Shown here piece by piece: positions 1 through 8,813 of a stretch of DNA of 25,187 nt. The notes beneath the pieces were generated by a model, which was not told where the DNA came from, did no database searches, and saw nothing but the letters and a program-made list of their open reading frames with translations. The first letter of the stretch is position 1; every line of letters begins with the position of its first letter. The stretch comes from a virus (lineage: Duplodnaviria > Caudoviricetes), in the IMG/VR virus record IMGVR_UViG_3300047272_000017, positions 1 through 25,187 of that record; one strand, 5' to 3'. A program made the translations under genes and the position numbers.

Positions 1-990
1 ATCACAAATGATCACGGCTGAAGTGCCACTGGCCAAGGCGTATGTCAACGCGCCGCCCACGGCAGTCTTGAACGTCAAGCTGTAAGCGCCTGCGGTCAAG
101 TTCGACATGTAGTAAATCTGCACTGTCGATGGCAGCACGATGATTTGGTTCGATGTTAGCGTGCCTGTGTACTCTTGGATCACGTTGGCGTACTGAACAG
201 GCGACAGGGTTACTGTGCCACCCGTGACTGGCAAAACGAGCTGGGTGTAGGTGAAGGTCGATGACTGGCCCAAACCGAATGAGCTGTAGCCACCTGAGCC
301 GTTTGAACACACGCAGAACGAGTTGGAGATTTGCAACTGCTGCGATGACAGGCCGTCGATGGTGTCGGTCCCCGTGGGGGTAACCGTCAAGATGCCAGTG
401 CCGCTGTTGCGGATCATGCAGAACCAGTTGTTGCCAACAGAGCCAGCGCTTGGTAGTGTGATTGCGCCCACGCCACCGTTCCACACAATGAAGCTGGCGC
501 GACTTGTCGACGTCAGGGTTGTGTTGGAGAAGTAGGTAGTGACTGGATATGCTTGATTCAGCGTGGTGCCGATGGCTGTGAGGCCGTAACCAGCCAATGT
601 TGCAGCGTTGGCGGACGATGTGCCAGCACCAAACGTCACGGACTCCCACACACCGTTGATGGTGGTGTTGTCGGTCACATAGATGTACTCGGCAACGCCT
701 GACGCGATGCTGACGATGGTGTTGCCACCTGCATCAGTCACTGTGAAGGTGTTTGAGCCAATGTTGCGGATTAGCGTGCTTTGGCCAGTCGACACTTCGA
801 CGGCTGGTGGCATGAGCAAGTTGAGACCGGCCACCGTGGCGGTCACTTCAACAATGTTGGCCACCACGCTCGTGGTGTTGCCGTTGATTGGCCACTCAAG
901 CGTTGTGTTTGCGCTGATCGTCAGCTCTTCATACCCAACTTGCGATGGGTTGATGGTTTGACCCGTGTAGGGCGAGGTGTATGTTGTCAT
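1..990 (-). CDS. Virion tail structural protein, 3'-truncated by window edge
   Basis: Not in the ORF track. ATG at 990, 2 nt after the stop of 993..1631. Hand translation MTTYTSPYTGQTINPSQVGYEELTISANTTLEWPINGNTTSVVANIVEV... is T/V/G-rich and beta-type. I translated about the first 150 codons without a stop, and the frame appears to run off the window. Confidence 0.75.
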   Translation of the reverse strand, partial: MTTYTSPYTGQTINPSQVGYEELTISANTTLEWPINGNTTSVVANIVEVTATVAGLNLLMPPAVEVSTGQSTLIRNIGSNTFTVTDAGGNTIVSIASGVAEYIYVTDNTTINGVWESVTFGAGTSSANAATLAGYGLTAIGTTLNQAYPVTTYFSNTTLTSTSRASFIVWNGGVGAITLPSAGSVGNNWFCMIRNSGTGILTVTPTGTDTIDGLSSQQLQISNSFCVCSNGSGGYSSFGLGQSSTFTYTQLVLPVTGGTVTLSPVQYANVIQEYTGTLTSNQIIVLPSTVQIYYMSNLTAGAYSLTFKTAVGGALTYALASGTSAVIICD

Positions 991-992
991 GA

Positions 993-1631
993 TTAAGAAT
1001 CCACAGCTACGGCTTGACGATCTGCAACACGCGCCATGTCCTCAGTCTTGAGGGCTGCGATTGCTTCGGAATATTTTTGTTGGAAGATGGCTCGTGCATC
1101 GTTCTTCAAGAACGGCATGGCCTGCAACAACGTGCCGTACAGCATGGCGTTTGGCGCGTACTGAGTCAGCCAATTGGTTTGGTTGGTCGAGCTCAATGGG
1201 GCGATGCGCTCGTAGTACAGCACTTCAAACGTGTACGCTTGGTCTGGCGTTGGGGCCAAGTACCAATGTTCGTAATCGGTGTCGGCGTAGTACACAGGCG
1301 TGTCCGTCTGCGTCACGTCTGGCCAATAATTCTTGAGGTATTCAAACTTACGAACAAGCACTGGCTGCATTGAGGTGCCGTTGTTCACCGACATCGACAC
1401 CGTCTTGCGCCAACGAGCTGGCTTGGCCAAGACAGGGTTGTCTGGCGTCATTGTGGAGTTGGCAACAGTCAACTGACCCAACGTCTTGATTTCCTGCGCG
1501 ATTTCAAACTCGCACAAGGTGATGAAAGTGGGAATGGCGTTGACGACCGCTGCGTCTTGGCGCTCCAAATATTGAAGCACTGTGCTTGTCAGCGAATCGT
1601 AAGTCATCACCCAAGATGGGGTCGTGCTCAT
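993..1631 (-). CDS. Head-tail adaptor / tail tubular-like protein
   Basis: 212 aa. The N-terminus MTYDSLTSTVLQYLER..IPTFITLCEFEI and the motifs YLAPTPDQAYTFEVLYY and TNWLTQYAPNAMLYGTL resemble podovirus adaptor proteins. RBS AAAGGA upstream. Confidence 0.7.
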   Translation of the reverse strand: MSTTPSWVMTYDSLTSTVLQYLERQDAAVVNAIPTFITLCEFEIAQEIKTLGQLTVANSTMTPDNPVLAKPARWRKTVSMSVNNGTSMQPVLVRKFEYLKNYWPDVTQTDTPVYYADTDYEHWYLAPTPDQAYTFEVLYYERIAPLSSTNQTNWLTQYAPNAMLYGTLLQAMPFLKNDARAIFQQKYSEAIAALKTEDMARVADRQAVAVDS

Positions 1632-1653
1632 GTTGATCCTTTACGGTTGCGTG

Positions 1654-1682
1654 ATTGTCGCATCTGGCCGTCCGTCAGGCAA
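1654..1682 (-). promoter_or_regulatory. Putative sigma70-type promoter for the downstream adaptor/tail genes
   Basis: Minus strand TTGCCT-17 nt-GACAAT with an extended -10 TG, in the only gap after the lysis cassette. Confidence 0.35.
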
Positions 1683-2316
1683 GTGTAGCGCTGGCGTCAA
1701 TGATACCCAAAGCCATCTCGGTGTGACCAACTCGTTCCCGCAGTCCGATAACCCCGCCGTTGATCTTTTTGGTCAATGCGCCCCATGTGCGGCGGCCCAA
1801 ATTGTCCATGGGCATGCCAGACTCGGCCAACTCGTTGCAGCCATGGGTGAACCAGAACCACCCAGCGGTCAAAGCGGCGTACTGTGGCGTGGCCACGAGG
1901 TCAGGATTGGCTACGAAGTCCACCCCAAGAGCTTTACCAGCATGGTAGTAATTGTCGTGACCAGTAAGTTGAATGCAACCACGACCCCTAAAACGATAGC
2001 CATCACCACTAGACTCGTCACGATTGCCCATGCGGCTGCCGTATACGTTATTGGCGATTTTCTTGGGATTACCTGCATATTGGTTTGCGATTTCGAGGGT
2101 GGGGAAGCGTTTTGGCCACAGCTTCATGAGCGTGGCGGCCTTGTAATTGAGGTTTTCCTCCAAGATTCGGAAGTTGCCGCACTCATGGCCACATTGGCCA
2201 ATGAAGGCCGCTTGTTGGCGTGGCGTGGCAATGCCCCACTTGGCAAAGGTATCGTTGAGTGCAGGCACCCATTCGATGCCAATGTGCATGCGTTGTAGTT
2301 CTTCAGCGTTGACCAT
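1675..2316 (-). CDS. Endolysin, glycoside hydrolase family 19
   Basis: GH19 motifs AAFIGQCGHECG, LEENLNY, YRFRGRGCIQLTGHDNY and TKKINGG. No signal peptide. Confidence 0.93.
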   Translation of the reverse strand: MVNAEELQRMHIGIEWVPALNDTFAKWGIATPRQQAAFIGQCGHECGNFRILEENLNYKAATLMKLWPKRFPTLEIANQYAGNPKKIANNVYGSRMGNRDESSGDGYRFRGRGCIQLTGHDNYYHAGKALGVDFVANPDLVATPQYAALTAGWFWFTHGCNELAESGMPMDNLGRRTWGALTKKINGGVIGLRERVGHTEMALGIIDASATLA

Positions 2317-2731
2317 TGAGGGTGCTCCTTACTGCTTCGTACCTGTCGATGCAGGAATTGAGTTCGATGATGGCTCTGTCACCTTCGGCGACGAGGCGGA
2401 CAAGGTCTTCAACAGTCTGTCCGTCAAGTTCGGCTCGCGCTTGATCATTGTTGGCGGCAGAGGGGGCACATCCACCCTTGGAGGCGACATTGACGTACAG
2501 CCTTGGGCGAGTAGACAGAATCCCAGACAACTTAGTTTCAAAATCTTGCTTGACAGTGGCATCTTTGGCATCTTGCTCATCCTTTTGTTTGGTCATCTCG
2601 CCGTTCAATCGGGCGATCTCCAAGGTGTCCTCCATCTCCTTTTGTGCATAACCGGCATGGTGGCCGTAAAAATATGCACTTAAAGCGACAGCTATAGCCC
2701 CGAGGATCATCCAAGGGTTTGGCATCATCAT
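2303..2731 (-). CDS. Rz-like inner-membrane spanin (i-spanin)
   Basis: N-terminal TM segment (WMILGAIAVALSAYFYG), helical periplasmic part, C-terminal AEGDRAIIELNSCIDRY typical of Rz-like proteins. Contains an embedded lipoprotein ORF. Confidence 0.85.
   Translation of the reverse strand: MMMPNPWMILGAIAVALSAYFYGHHAGYAQKEMEDTLEIARLNGEMTKQKDEQDAKDATVKQDFETKLSGILSTRPRLYVNVASKGGCAPSAANNDQARAELDGQTVEDLVRLVAEGDRAIIELNSCIDRYEAVRSTLNGQR
2329..2580 (-). CDS. Rz1-like outer-membrane lipoprotein spanin (o-spanin), embedded in Rz
   Basis: Alternative frame fully inside the i-spanin gene. Basic N-terminus, hydrophobic stretch, lipobox LAQG-C, then Pro-rich mature part (SPPRVDVPPLPP). Start is uncertain (three in-frame Met). 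Confidence 0.8.
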   Translation of the reverse strand: MSKMPKMPLSSKILKLSCLGFCLLAQGCTSMSPPRVDVPPLPPTMIKREPNLTDRLLKTLSASSPKVTEPSSNSIPASTGTKQ

Positions 2732-3234
2732 TCTGATTCCAGCTTGGCGGCTGCTCGTTCATGGGCGATTTCCTCACGCTCTGGGTGTTCGTAGTTCGGT
2801 GGAGTCGTTGGGGGAGGGGGAGCACGCCACTCGTCGTCGAACTGCACAGGGGCAGCACCCATCCAATTAAAGTTGGGCATGACAGAGGCCGTAGGAGCCA
2901 CCGCAGGGGCCGCAGGTGGCACGGTTGGGGGTATGCCAAGGCTTGGAGCAATCTTCTCGGCCACCACTTGCGCAGCCTTGTTTACGGCGAACATACTGAT
3001 GATCGTGGTGATGGAGCTGGCCATGATCAGCACGATGTCATTCAGCATCTTGGTGAACGCTGTGTCGATTGGCGACATGGACTTCATTGGTTGACCAACA
3101 AACATCACCGAGTAAAGCATGGAGCCGACGATGCCACCGAACACCAACATCAAGACAACGGCAACGAATGCCCAAACACAGACCTGAATCAATCGAACTA
3201 GGTCTTCAACCGTTTTGATCTCTAGGCTCTTCAT
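2728..3234 (-). CDS. Two-TM membrane protein, holin candidate
   Basis: True start is probably ATG 3234 (ATGA overlap with the upstream stop), giving 168 aa. Two hydrophobic helices, then a Pro/Ala-rich and charged C-terminal tail. Lies in the lysis cassette. Confidence 0.6.
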   Translation of the reverse strand: MKSLEIKTVEDLVRLIQVCVWAFVAVVLMLVFGGIVGSMLYSVMFVGQPMKSMSPIDTAFTKMLNDIVLIMASSITTIISMFAVNKAAQVVAEKIAPSLGIPPTVPPAAPAVAPTASVMPNFNWMGAAPVQFDDEWRAPPPPTTPPNYEHPEREEIAHERAAAKLESE

Positions 3235-3446
3235 TTGATCTCCGATGCTGATGATGCGGGTTGTTGGGCTTGCTTCTCCAACACGGGAGCAACGAGATAA
3301 TCTGGGCAATCCTGAGTGAACAGGCAGTCAGGTCGTTGGCAGCGCTTCTTGCTGAAGTTGGCCGGATCTTGGCAGAAGTAGCGGTAGCGATCTTCGCAGG
3401 CCGCCAAACTACTCAACATCAGGAGGATCAATGCGAGTTTTTTCAC
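3231..3446 (-). CDS. Small Cys-rich lipoprotein
   Basis: GTG start with AAGGA RBS. Signal peptide and lipobox MKKLALILLMLSSLAA-C, with four more Cys in the mature part. Confidence 0.85.
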   Translation of the reverse strand: MKKLALILLMLSSLAACEDRYRYFCQDPANFSKKRCQRPDCLFTQDCPDYLVAPVLEKQAQQPASSASEIK

Positions 3447-3591
3447 GTTTCTTTTCCTTGTCTTCCATGCGCAAAATGATCGCGTCCAACTTCTTAATCT
3501 TCTTGTCCTGATGAACGATCAGGAAGGACAGAAGCATCATGCCAAAGATGATGAGCGAGACGATCACCACCCAAAATTTAAATTCGTTCAT
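3409..3591 (-). CDS. Small single-TM membrane protein (60 aa)
   Basis: Start is probably ATG 3591 (ATGA overlap with stop at 3588). MNEFKFWVVIVSLIIFGMMLLSFLIV followed by a charged helix. Overlaps the lipoprotein gene by 38 nt. Confidence 0.65.
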   Translation of the reverse strand: MNEFKFWVVIVSLIIFGMMLLSFLIVHQDKKIKKLDAIILRMEDKEKKREKTRIDPPDVE

Positions 3592-4319
3592 AGAGCGGAA
3601 TACAGTCCAATCAGTTCTAGCATTCCCATTACCACTGCTACTGCGTACACCAGCTTGGCCGTTAGGATCTCTTTTCGGTGCTCTAGTTGCCATGCTGTAT
3701 CTCGCTCTTTCTTGCGTTTCAACTCACGCGCAACTTCCTGCTCTTCCAAAATCTCGTCGTACTTCTCAAGGAACTCTTGGTACATCGAACCAAGTCCAAG
3801 CTCTTCTGGCGTCCCATAAATCATGGACTGCTTGAGCTGCTTATTCAACTCTCGCATTTGCCATTGGATCTCAATTCGATCAATCGCACTGTCGGCAACC
3901 TTCTCTGTGGTCAGAGCTTCTTCTTCAAGTTCTCGACAGTGTGCTTTTAATTGGCGTATGGCTTCAAAGTAGACCTTCAGGTTTTCGCAGATTTCGTGGA
4001 CCGCACGCGCTTGGAACTCTTCGTAACTAAGCTCGGGCTCTGGCTCTGCTTTTGACTTTTTCGCGGATGGCTTTGCTGACTCGGTGGCGGTAGGAAGTAT
4101 TGGCGCAGACGGCTTTTTAGGCGCTGCACCAAAGAGTCCTGTGATCCATCCCCAGATGCCTGCGACTTCGCCGTAGATGGCTTTAGCGTCAGCCACGCCG
4201 CCTTCAACTTGCTTTTTAAACTTTCCAATCTCAGCCTTGCCTTCACTGAGCATTTGGCAGCCAGCGCGGATAGCACCGACGGCACTTTGCGCCATGAGAA
4301 GGAGGGAGATTGGGTCCAC
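3588..4319 (-). CDS. Coiled-coil protein with C-terminal membrane anchor, lysis-region hypothetical
   Basis: 243 aa. MDPISLLLMAQSAVGAIRAG N-terminus, long E/K-rich helices, terminal hydrophobic helix LVYAVAVVMGMLELIGLY. Confidence 0.75.
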   Translation of the reverse strand: MDPISLLLMAQSAVGAIRAGCQMLSEGKAEIGKFKKQVEGGVADAKAIYGEVAGIWGWITGLFGAAPKKPSAPILPTATESAKPSAKKSKAEPEPELSYEEFQARAVHEICENLKVYFEAIRQLKAHCRELEEEALTTEKVADSAIDRIEIQWQMRELNKQLKQSMIYGTPEELGLGSMYQEFLEKYDEILEEQEVARELKRKKERDTAWQLEHRKEILTAKLVYAVAVVMGMLELIGLYSAL

Positions 4320-4323
4320 ATCG

Positions 4324-4518
4324 TTAGATGCCGAACAGCTTCTTTACGAACTCTGCGGCCACACCGGGGCCAAGCAACACGGCAGCCATAACTGCATAAA
4401 GCAGGTACTCGATCTTTGCCATGCGCTTGTCGCCATTGGTCAGTTGGCCGTCAATGCGGTTGTATCGCTCCGCACAAATTGCTTCATGCACAGCCAGTCT
4501 TGTGTCCACGGTATCCAT
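4324..4518 (-). CDS. Small coiled-coil plus TM protein (XhlA/holin-associated-like)
   Basis: 64 aa. RLAVHEAICAERY helix followed by a C-terminal hydrophobic segment. First gene of the lysis block. Confidence 0.65.
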   Translation of the reverse strand: MDTVDTRLAVHEAICAERYNRIDGQLTNGDKRMAKIEYLLYAVMAAVLLGPGVAAEFVKKLFGI

Positions 4519-4521
4519 GCC

Positions 4522-4686
4522 TTACTCCGCTGGTGTGTCGACAGGGTTTGATTCGTCAGGCTCCACAAATGGTTTTGCGGTGCTTTGGACGCCCTCAATC
4601 AGCTTGTAGACCTCTTGGTATGGTTTGGTGCCCAAATAGCCCATGACGGCGTTTAAAGCCTCTTCTGAAAGGATGGCACGCTTCAT
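4522..4686 (-). CDS. Small hypothetical protein (54 aa), tail-fibre-associated
   Basis: Below the ORF-track cutoff. MKRAILSEEALNAVMGYLGTKPYQEVYKLIEGVQSTAKPFVEPDESNPVDTPAE. ATGA overlap with the upstream stop; fills the gap exactly. Confidence 0.75.
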   Translation of the reverse strand: MKRAILSEEALNAVMGYLGTKPYQEVYKLIEGVQSTAKPFVEPDESNPVDTPAE

Positions 4687-4889
4687 GGAGCTGGCTCCTC
4701 TGGTGTCGTCTCTTCAACCACGGGAGCTACGAACTCGCCGTCCACATAAGTCCACTCAGGGGTTACCTCGTCAGGGCAAGCAACCAACTGAGCAACGATG
4801 TCAGGGTGATAGCACTGGTCAATTGTGAAGCCAGCGACAGGTGTACAGATTTCAAAAACGTCTGTGCCGTTTACTCGTGCATATTTCAT
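4683..4889 (-). CDS. Putative tail fibre assembly/chaperone protein (68 aa)
   Basis: True start ATG 4889 (MKYARVNG...WTYVDGEFVAP), 4 nt after the upstream stop. This acidic type of protein typically follows Gly-rich fibre genes. Confidence 0.65.
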   Translation of the reverse strand: MKYARVNGTDVFEICTPVAGFTIDQCYHPDIVAQLVACPDEVTPEWTYVDGEFVAPVVEETTPEEPAP

Positions 4890-4893
4890 ATTC

Positions 4894-5637
4894 TTACCAC
4901 TCCACAATAACCATGCCTGAACCTGCGAAATACGGGGCGTTACCACCACCACCGCCGCCGGGGTATCCACCGCTTGCGCTAGTAGAGCTTCCACCCCCAT
5001 TAACACCCGCTGCGCTACTTGGTCCTGCGCCGCCGCCAGTACCAATAAAGTCAATTGAAAAAGTTGGCATGCCTGTAGATGAGGGGGTTGCAGTTGTCAT
5101 ACCGCCAACACTAATCATCCCGTTGCCCCCGTATTGCCCGCCAGTTCCACCACCACCAGCCCCACCAGAAGCCCCTGAAGCTCCACTATTTGTGGATGTC
5201 AACGAGCTTGCGCCGCCTGTGCCAAATAAGTTGCCTGCGCCACCGCCGCCTACGTTATGGAAGCCTGCGCCGCCAGAGGTGTTAATGTCACCACCAACAC
5301 CCGTTCCACCGGGTCCAGATGCAGCCGTAACCCACAAACCGCCAGTGGCGGAACAATACGCGCCAAATGATGATGTACCACCAGATGCGCTGTTGGCAAA
5401 ACCTCCCGCTCCAACAATGACTGGGACAGACGTAACGCCTGTTAAGTCATAAATCGTCTTGAGGGTGAAGCCTCCGCCACCTGCACCGCCAGCGCCCCAC
5501 ATACGAACTCGGCACTTACCGACGCCAGCGGGGACAGTCCAAGTGCCAGTCATTCCTTGGCCAAAGATTTGCATTTGACCTGTGCCAAAAACCCCAGTGA
5601 TGGGGTTATAAATTTGAGATTGGACTGGAATTGTCAT
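4894..5637 (-). CDS. Glycine-rich tail fibre/adhesin protein
   Basis: TWTVPAGV...MWGAGGAGGGG...SSFGAYCSATGG...GSGMVIVEW, the typical phage Gly-rich domain. Confidence 0.8.
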   Translation of the reverse strand: MTIPVQSQIYNPITGVFGTGQMQIFGQGMTGTWTVPAGVGKCRVRMWGAGGAGGGGFTLKTIYDLTGVTSVPVIVGAGGFANSASGGTSSFGAYCSATGGLWVTAASGPGGTGVGGDINTSGGAGFHNVGGGGAGNLFGTGGASSLTSTNSGASGASGGAGGGGTGGQYGGNGMISVGGMTTATPSSTGMPTFSIDFIGTGGGAGPSSAAGVNGGGSSTSASGGYPGGGGGGNAPYFAGSGMVIVEW

Positions 5638-8493
5638 TTAGTTAGTTCCTTGCAAAAGTACGTTGCGGCCAGAGATGGAGCCCTTGACACCAGACACTGC
5701 CGTGCCGTTTGGCGATTGGAAGTCAAAGTTTTGCACCGTGCCTGATGGGTAGTTGCTATTGAGCTGCGCCAAACCATTGGTCTGAACAAGCCCTGTACCA
5801 CCAGCGGTTGCTGTTGTCATCGCGACACCAGACAAAACAGTGTTTGTCACATCAGAAGCGCTTGCAGACGTGTACGGAACCACATCAACAAATTCAGACA
5901 CGGTCACTCCGCTCGTATACGAGGCAATCGCCACGTTCGGCATAGCCTCCATGAACGCAAAGGTTGGGTAGTTGCTTGAGTTCAACCAAGCCACTACGGC
6001 GTAATCCCCGTAACCCGCAGCAATGCTTGTGCAGTTGTCTGTCACTGACGTGTACCCAGTCAATGTGAACTTGTTTGTTGAAGGGTACGTGAACACAGGT
6101 AAAGTTGTAGCACTAGCAGAAAGGCCAGAGCTAAACCCATAAAGCGAGCCAGCCACAAAAAAGACTAGGCTTCCGTTACCTGTTGTGCCAAGAGCAGAGT
6201 TGTTAATCGCGCCGGAAACACTTGGACCATCAAAGTATTGGCCAATAATGTCAGGATCGCCGCCGTCGTAGGCACGGATGTTAGACACGTTTGAGCTAAT
6301 AAAGTCTGTGAAGTAGTAGCCACTGCCCGGCAAATACGTAAGGCACTGAGAAGTTGTTCCACTAGCCACTGCGGTAGTGACTGTCGTATTACCTGTGGCT
6401 GTGTAGGTCGTGGAGTTCTGCTTATAGTACGATGAGAACGTGTAATTTGTTCCGTTCCAACCATAGTGCGCAAAGCCACCACTCTTATTGGCGACCACGT
6501 TTACATATTGCGTAACACCACCGATTGTTGCAATCCAAATTTGAGCAAGCGTGGTGACATCGAACACCGCAACACGAACTGCGCTGCTGGTATTTCTGAA
6601 TGTGAACACCAAGTTTCCGTCACTCAAAGTGCTCAGACCGATGGTTCTGCCTGTTGATATGTTTTCGGCGACTGTAGTAGCCGTGCCTGCGGTAACAAGA
6701 CTCCCAGCAGATGAATAAGTCGACAAACTGATTGTTGCTGCGGCAGTGAAATATGCTATCGCAAAACCACCGTTTAAAAGGCCCGTCATCTTTATCAATC
6801 CACGGGTGCCGCTGGTGTCAATGGCCGCCAATACATACGCAGGACCAACGGTGATGGTCTGCTGAAACACACCAGTTTGAGAGTAGATTGCAACGTACAG
6901 AGTGGCCGTTGAGAACACCAAGTACGCAATTGCAATCCGTCCGTCAGTCAAGTTTGTAGACGTCATCGTGCAACACCCAGAGGTCGCGATAACCGTTGGC
7001 GTTCTTAAATATCCCATTGCTGTAGATAGCACGGAAGAGCCCGTAGCGCCAGCGTAATACTGGAGCGAGGTGGCTGTGGCCGATCCCAGAATGGGTGCTC
7101 CTGTTGGGACGCTGTAAGACGTAACCTGTTGTGCCGTCGACAAAGAAAGCACAGGTTGGAATGTTGTCTTATTGATGCTCGCTTTGTACATGTACCAACT
7201 AGACTTTCCTGATGGTGAGCCCTGCCAGTAAAATGTAATGTTTGCACCAACCTCAATCATGGTTGGCTTCGTCCCCGAAAACACATAAGGGCCACGGATC
7301 GTGATTGGCAACGCTCCGGCTAAATTTGTTCCGCTTTGGACAACTCCAGCGGAGTTATAAACAACATACTGCATTTGCTGCATGCAGTCACAAAACATAA
7401 AAATAAAGTTACCAGTGCTCAGGCCAAAAACTGAATTGAAGTTGGGTGCGTAAGAACCAAACACGTTCATGTTTGAGTTAGGTACGGTATTTTCGGCACT
7501 GAGCACGTTTACTGCCGACAACGTGCGGAAGCAAGGCGTAAGGTTTCCAGAGGCGTTGTTGGTGTATGCGAAAACGATAGTCATACCATCCGACAACACG
7601 GTTGCGTCAGGGTTGTTTTTTCCTGCGGTCACAGCAAATGTCGAACTGATGATTATCGCGCCTGCGGAGTTAACAACAACATAATTGTAAGCAGCACTTC
7701 CAAGGTTGAAGATCACAAAAGACCCGTCGCTACGCGCCGCCAAAGCTGGGGCGTTTAACGAAAAACTGTTTGGTGTGATTGACGCGGTCCATGCGTAAGC
7801 GCCAACGCCAGTGGCACTGAAGCCTCGGAAATAAGTGCTTACATCCGACGAATCGCCGAGGGCCAACGCAAAGCCGCCGCCAGATAGGGCAACCCCGTTT
7901 ATTGCGGAGGAGGGTGCTGTCGTTTGGGAGAATGAGGTGTCGTTTACCGCCGATGTGACAACGGACCCTGTATTTGAGTACACAGCGTAACAAGGCTTGT
8001 TAGCAGTGCCGCCAGAAGCGTTAACCCAATAAACAACAAAACCCCCACCTGTTAATGCAACAACGCCGACGTTATTGTGTTGAGTTGAAGCAATATACGT
8101 GGAGGATGCGGATGTAGGTGATACAACGATTGCGCCAGACGCATCGACGACTTGAAAATACGCTTGGTTGTTTGACCTGTTTTTCCAAGATTGAACAATG
8201 TTCCCGTTCGTCAAAACCGCAGCAAACTTGTAACGGGAACCACCGTAAAACCCTGTTGCCGTATCAAAAACAGACGAGATTGAGGTTCCCCCAGAGGCTG
8301 CAAAAACAGAAGAATTTGGAGTGTATGGGAATGAGATGGATGAGGGTACTGGCAGGTTGGCAGGAGACACATAATCCCCTGTTGTGCCCTTGTAATACAC
8401 CAAGTCGCCAGCATTGAAACCAGTTGTCGTTGGAACAACAACAGCGTTGCCTGTTGTGTTTGTGTTTGGAAGTTGTGGTGCGTTGCGTGACAT
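5638..8493 (-). CDS. Large beta-repeat virion appendage / receptor-binding protein (951 aa)
   Basis: S/T/G/A-rich with recurring L[ST][DNG]G[GN][FI]xxx[YWF] blade-like repeats. Sits in the tail fibre block. Confidence 0.75.
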   Translation of the reverse strand: MSRNAPQLPNTNTTGNAVVVPTTTGFNAGDLVYYKGTTGDYVSPANLPVPSSISFPYTPNSSVFAASGGTSISSVFDTATGFYGGSRYKFAAVLTNGNIVQSWKNRSNNQAYFQVVDASGAIVVSPTSASSTYIASTQHNNVGVVALTGGGFVVYWVNASGGTANKPCYAVYSNTGSVVTSAVNDTSFSQTTAPSSAINGVALSGGGFALALGDSSDVSTYFRGFSATGVGAYAWTASITPNSFSLNAPALAARSDGSFVIFNLGSAAYNYVVVNSAGAIIISSTFAVTAGKNNPDATVLSDGMTIVFAYTNNASGNLTPCFRTLSAVNVLSAENTVPNSNMNVFGSYAPNFNSVFGLSTGNFIFMFCDCMQQMQYVVYNSAGVVQSGTNLAGALPITIRGPYVFSGTKPTMIEVGANITFYWQGSPSGKSSWYMYKASINKTTFQPVLSLSTAQQVTSYSVPTGAPILGSATATSLQYYAGATGSSVLSTAMGYLRTPTVIATSGCCTMTSTNLTDGRIAIAYLVFSTATLYVAIYSQTGVFQQTITVGPAYVLAAIDTSGTRGLIKMTGLLNGGFAIAYFTAAATISLSTYSSAGSLVTAGTATTVAENISTGRTIGLSTLSDGNLVFTFRNTSSAVRVAVFDVTTLAQIWIATIGGVTQYVNVVANKSGGFAHYGWNGTNYTFSSYYKQNSTTYTATGNTTVTTAVASGTTSQCLTYLPGSGYYFTDFISSNVSNIRAYDGGDPDIIGQYFDGPSVSGAINNSALGTTGNGSLVFFVAGSLYGFSSGLSASATTLPVFTYPSTNKFTLTGYTSVTDNCTSIAAGYGDYAVVAWLNSSNYPTFAFMEAMPNVAIASYTSGVTVSEFVDVVPYTSASASDVTNTVLSGVAMTTATAGGTGLVQTNGLAQLNSNYPSGTVQNFDFQSPNGTAVSGVKGSISGRNVLLQGTN

Positions 8494-8495
8494 GT

Positions 8496-8804
8496 TTAAC
8501 CCTCGTAACCGTAGACGTTGACGTTGACCCCAGCAATCGTGGACAGTGCGACCACGTTCTTGCCTGTTGTGGCGACGATGCCGCCGCGCTCAAGAACACC
8601 ACCAGCGGGGATCAAGGTTTGGTACTCAAGGTACTCACCTGCGGCTGGCGTTGATGTGGCGGAGATGGCAAGATTGACCGCAGCCAAGTAGCCCGTTGTG
8701 TTCACAATCTCCACGTTGAAAACGCTTGGCGTAGCGCCGACGTTGTAAACCGTGGTATTTGTGCTTGCGGCAAGCGATGCTTGACCTAGTGTTCCTGATG
8801 CCAT
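8496..8804 (-). CDS. Small beta-sandwich virion structural protein
   Basis: 102 aa, AAGGA RBS, all-beta pattern (TNTTVYNV...YLEYQTLIPAGGVLERGGIV...VNVYGYE), located between fibre genes. Confidence 0.75.
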   Translation of the reverse strand: MASGTLGQASLAASTNTTVYNVGATPSVFNVEIVNTTGYLAAVNLAISATSTPAAGEYLEYQTLIPAGGVLERGGIVATTGKNVVALSTIAGVNVNVYGYEG

Positions 8805-8813
8805 GGTTTTTCC

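Noticed and set aside
4894-5637. GG dipeptides in the Gly-rich fibre (and in 8814..9971) as more copies of the tag
   Set aside because: They belong to polyglycine or fibre repeats and lack the basic context of the head-protein motif.
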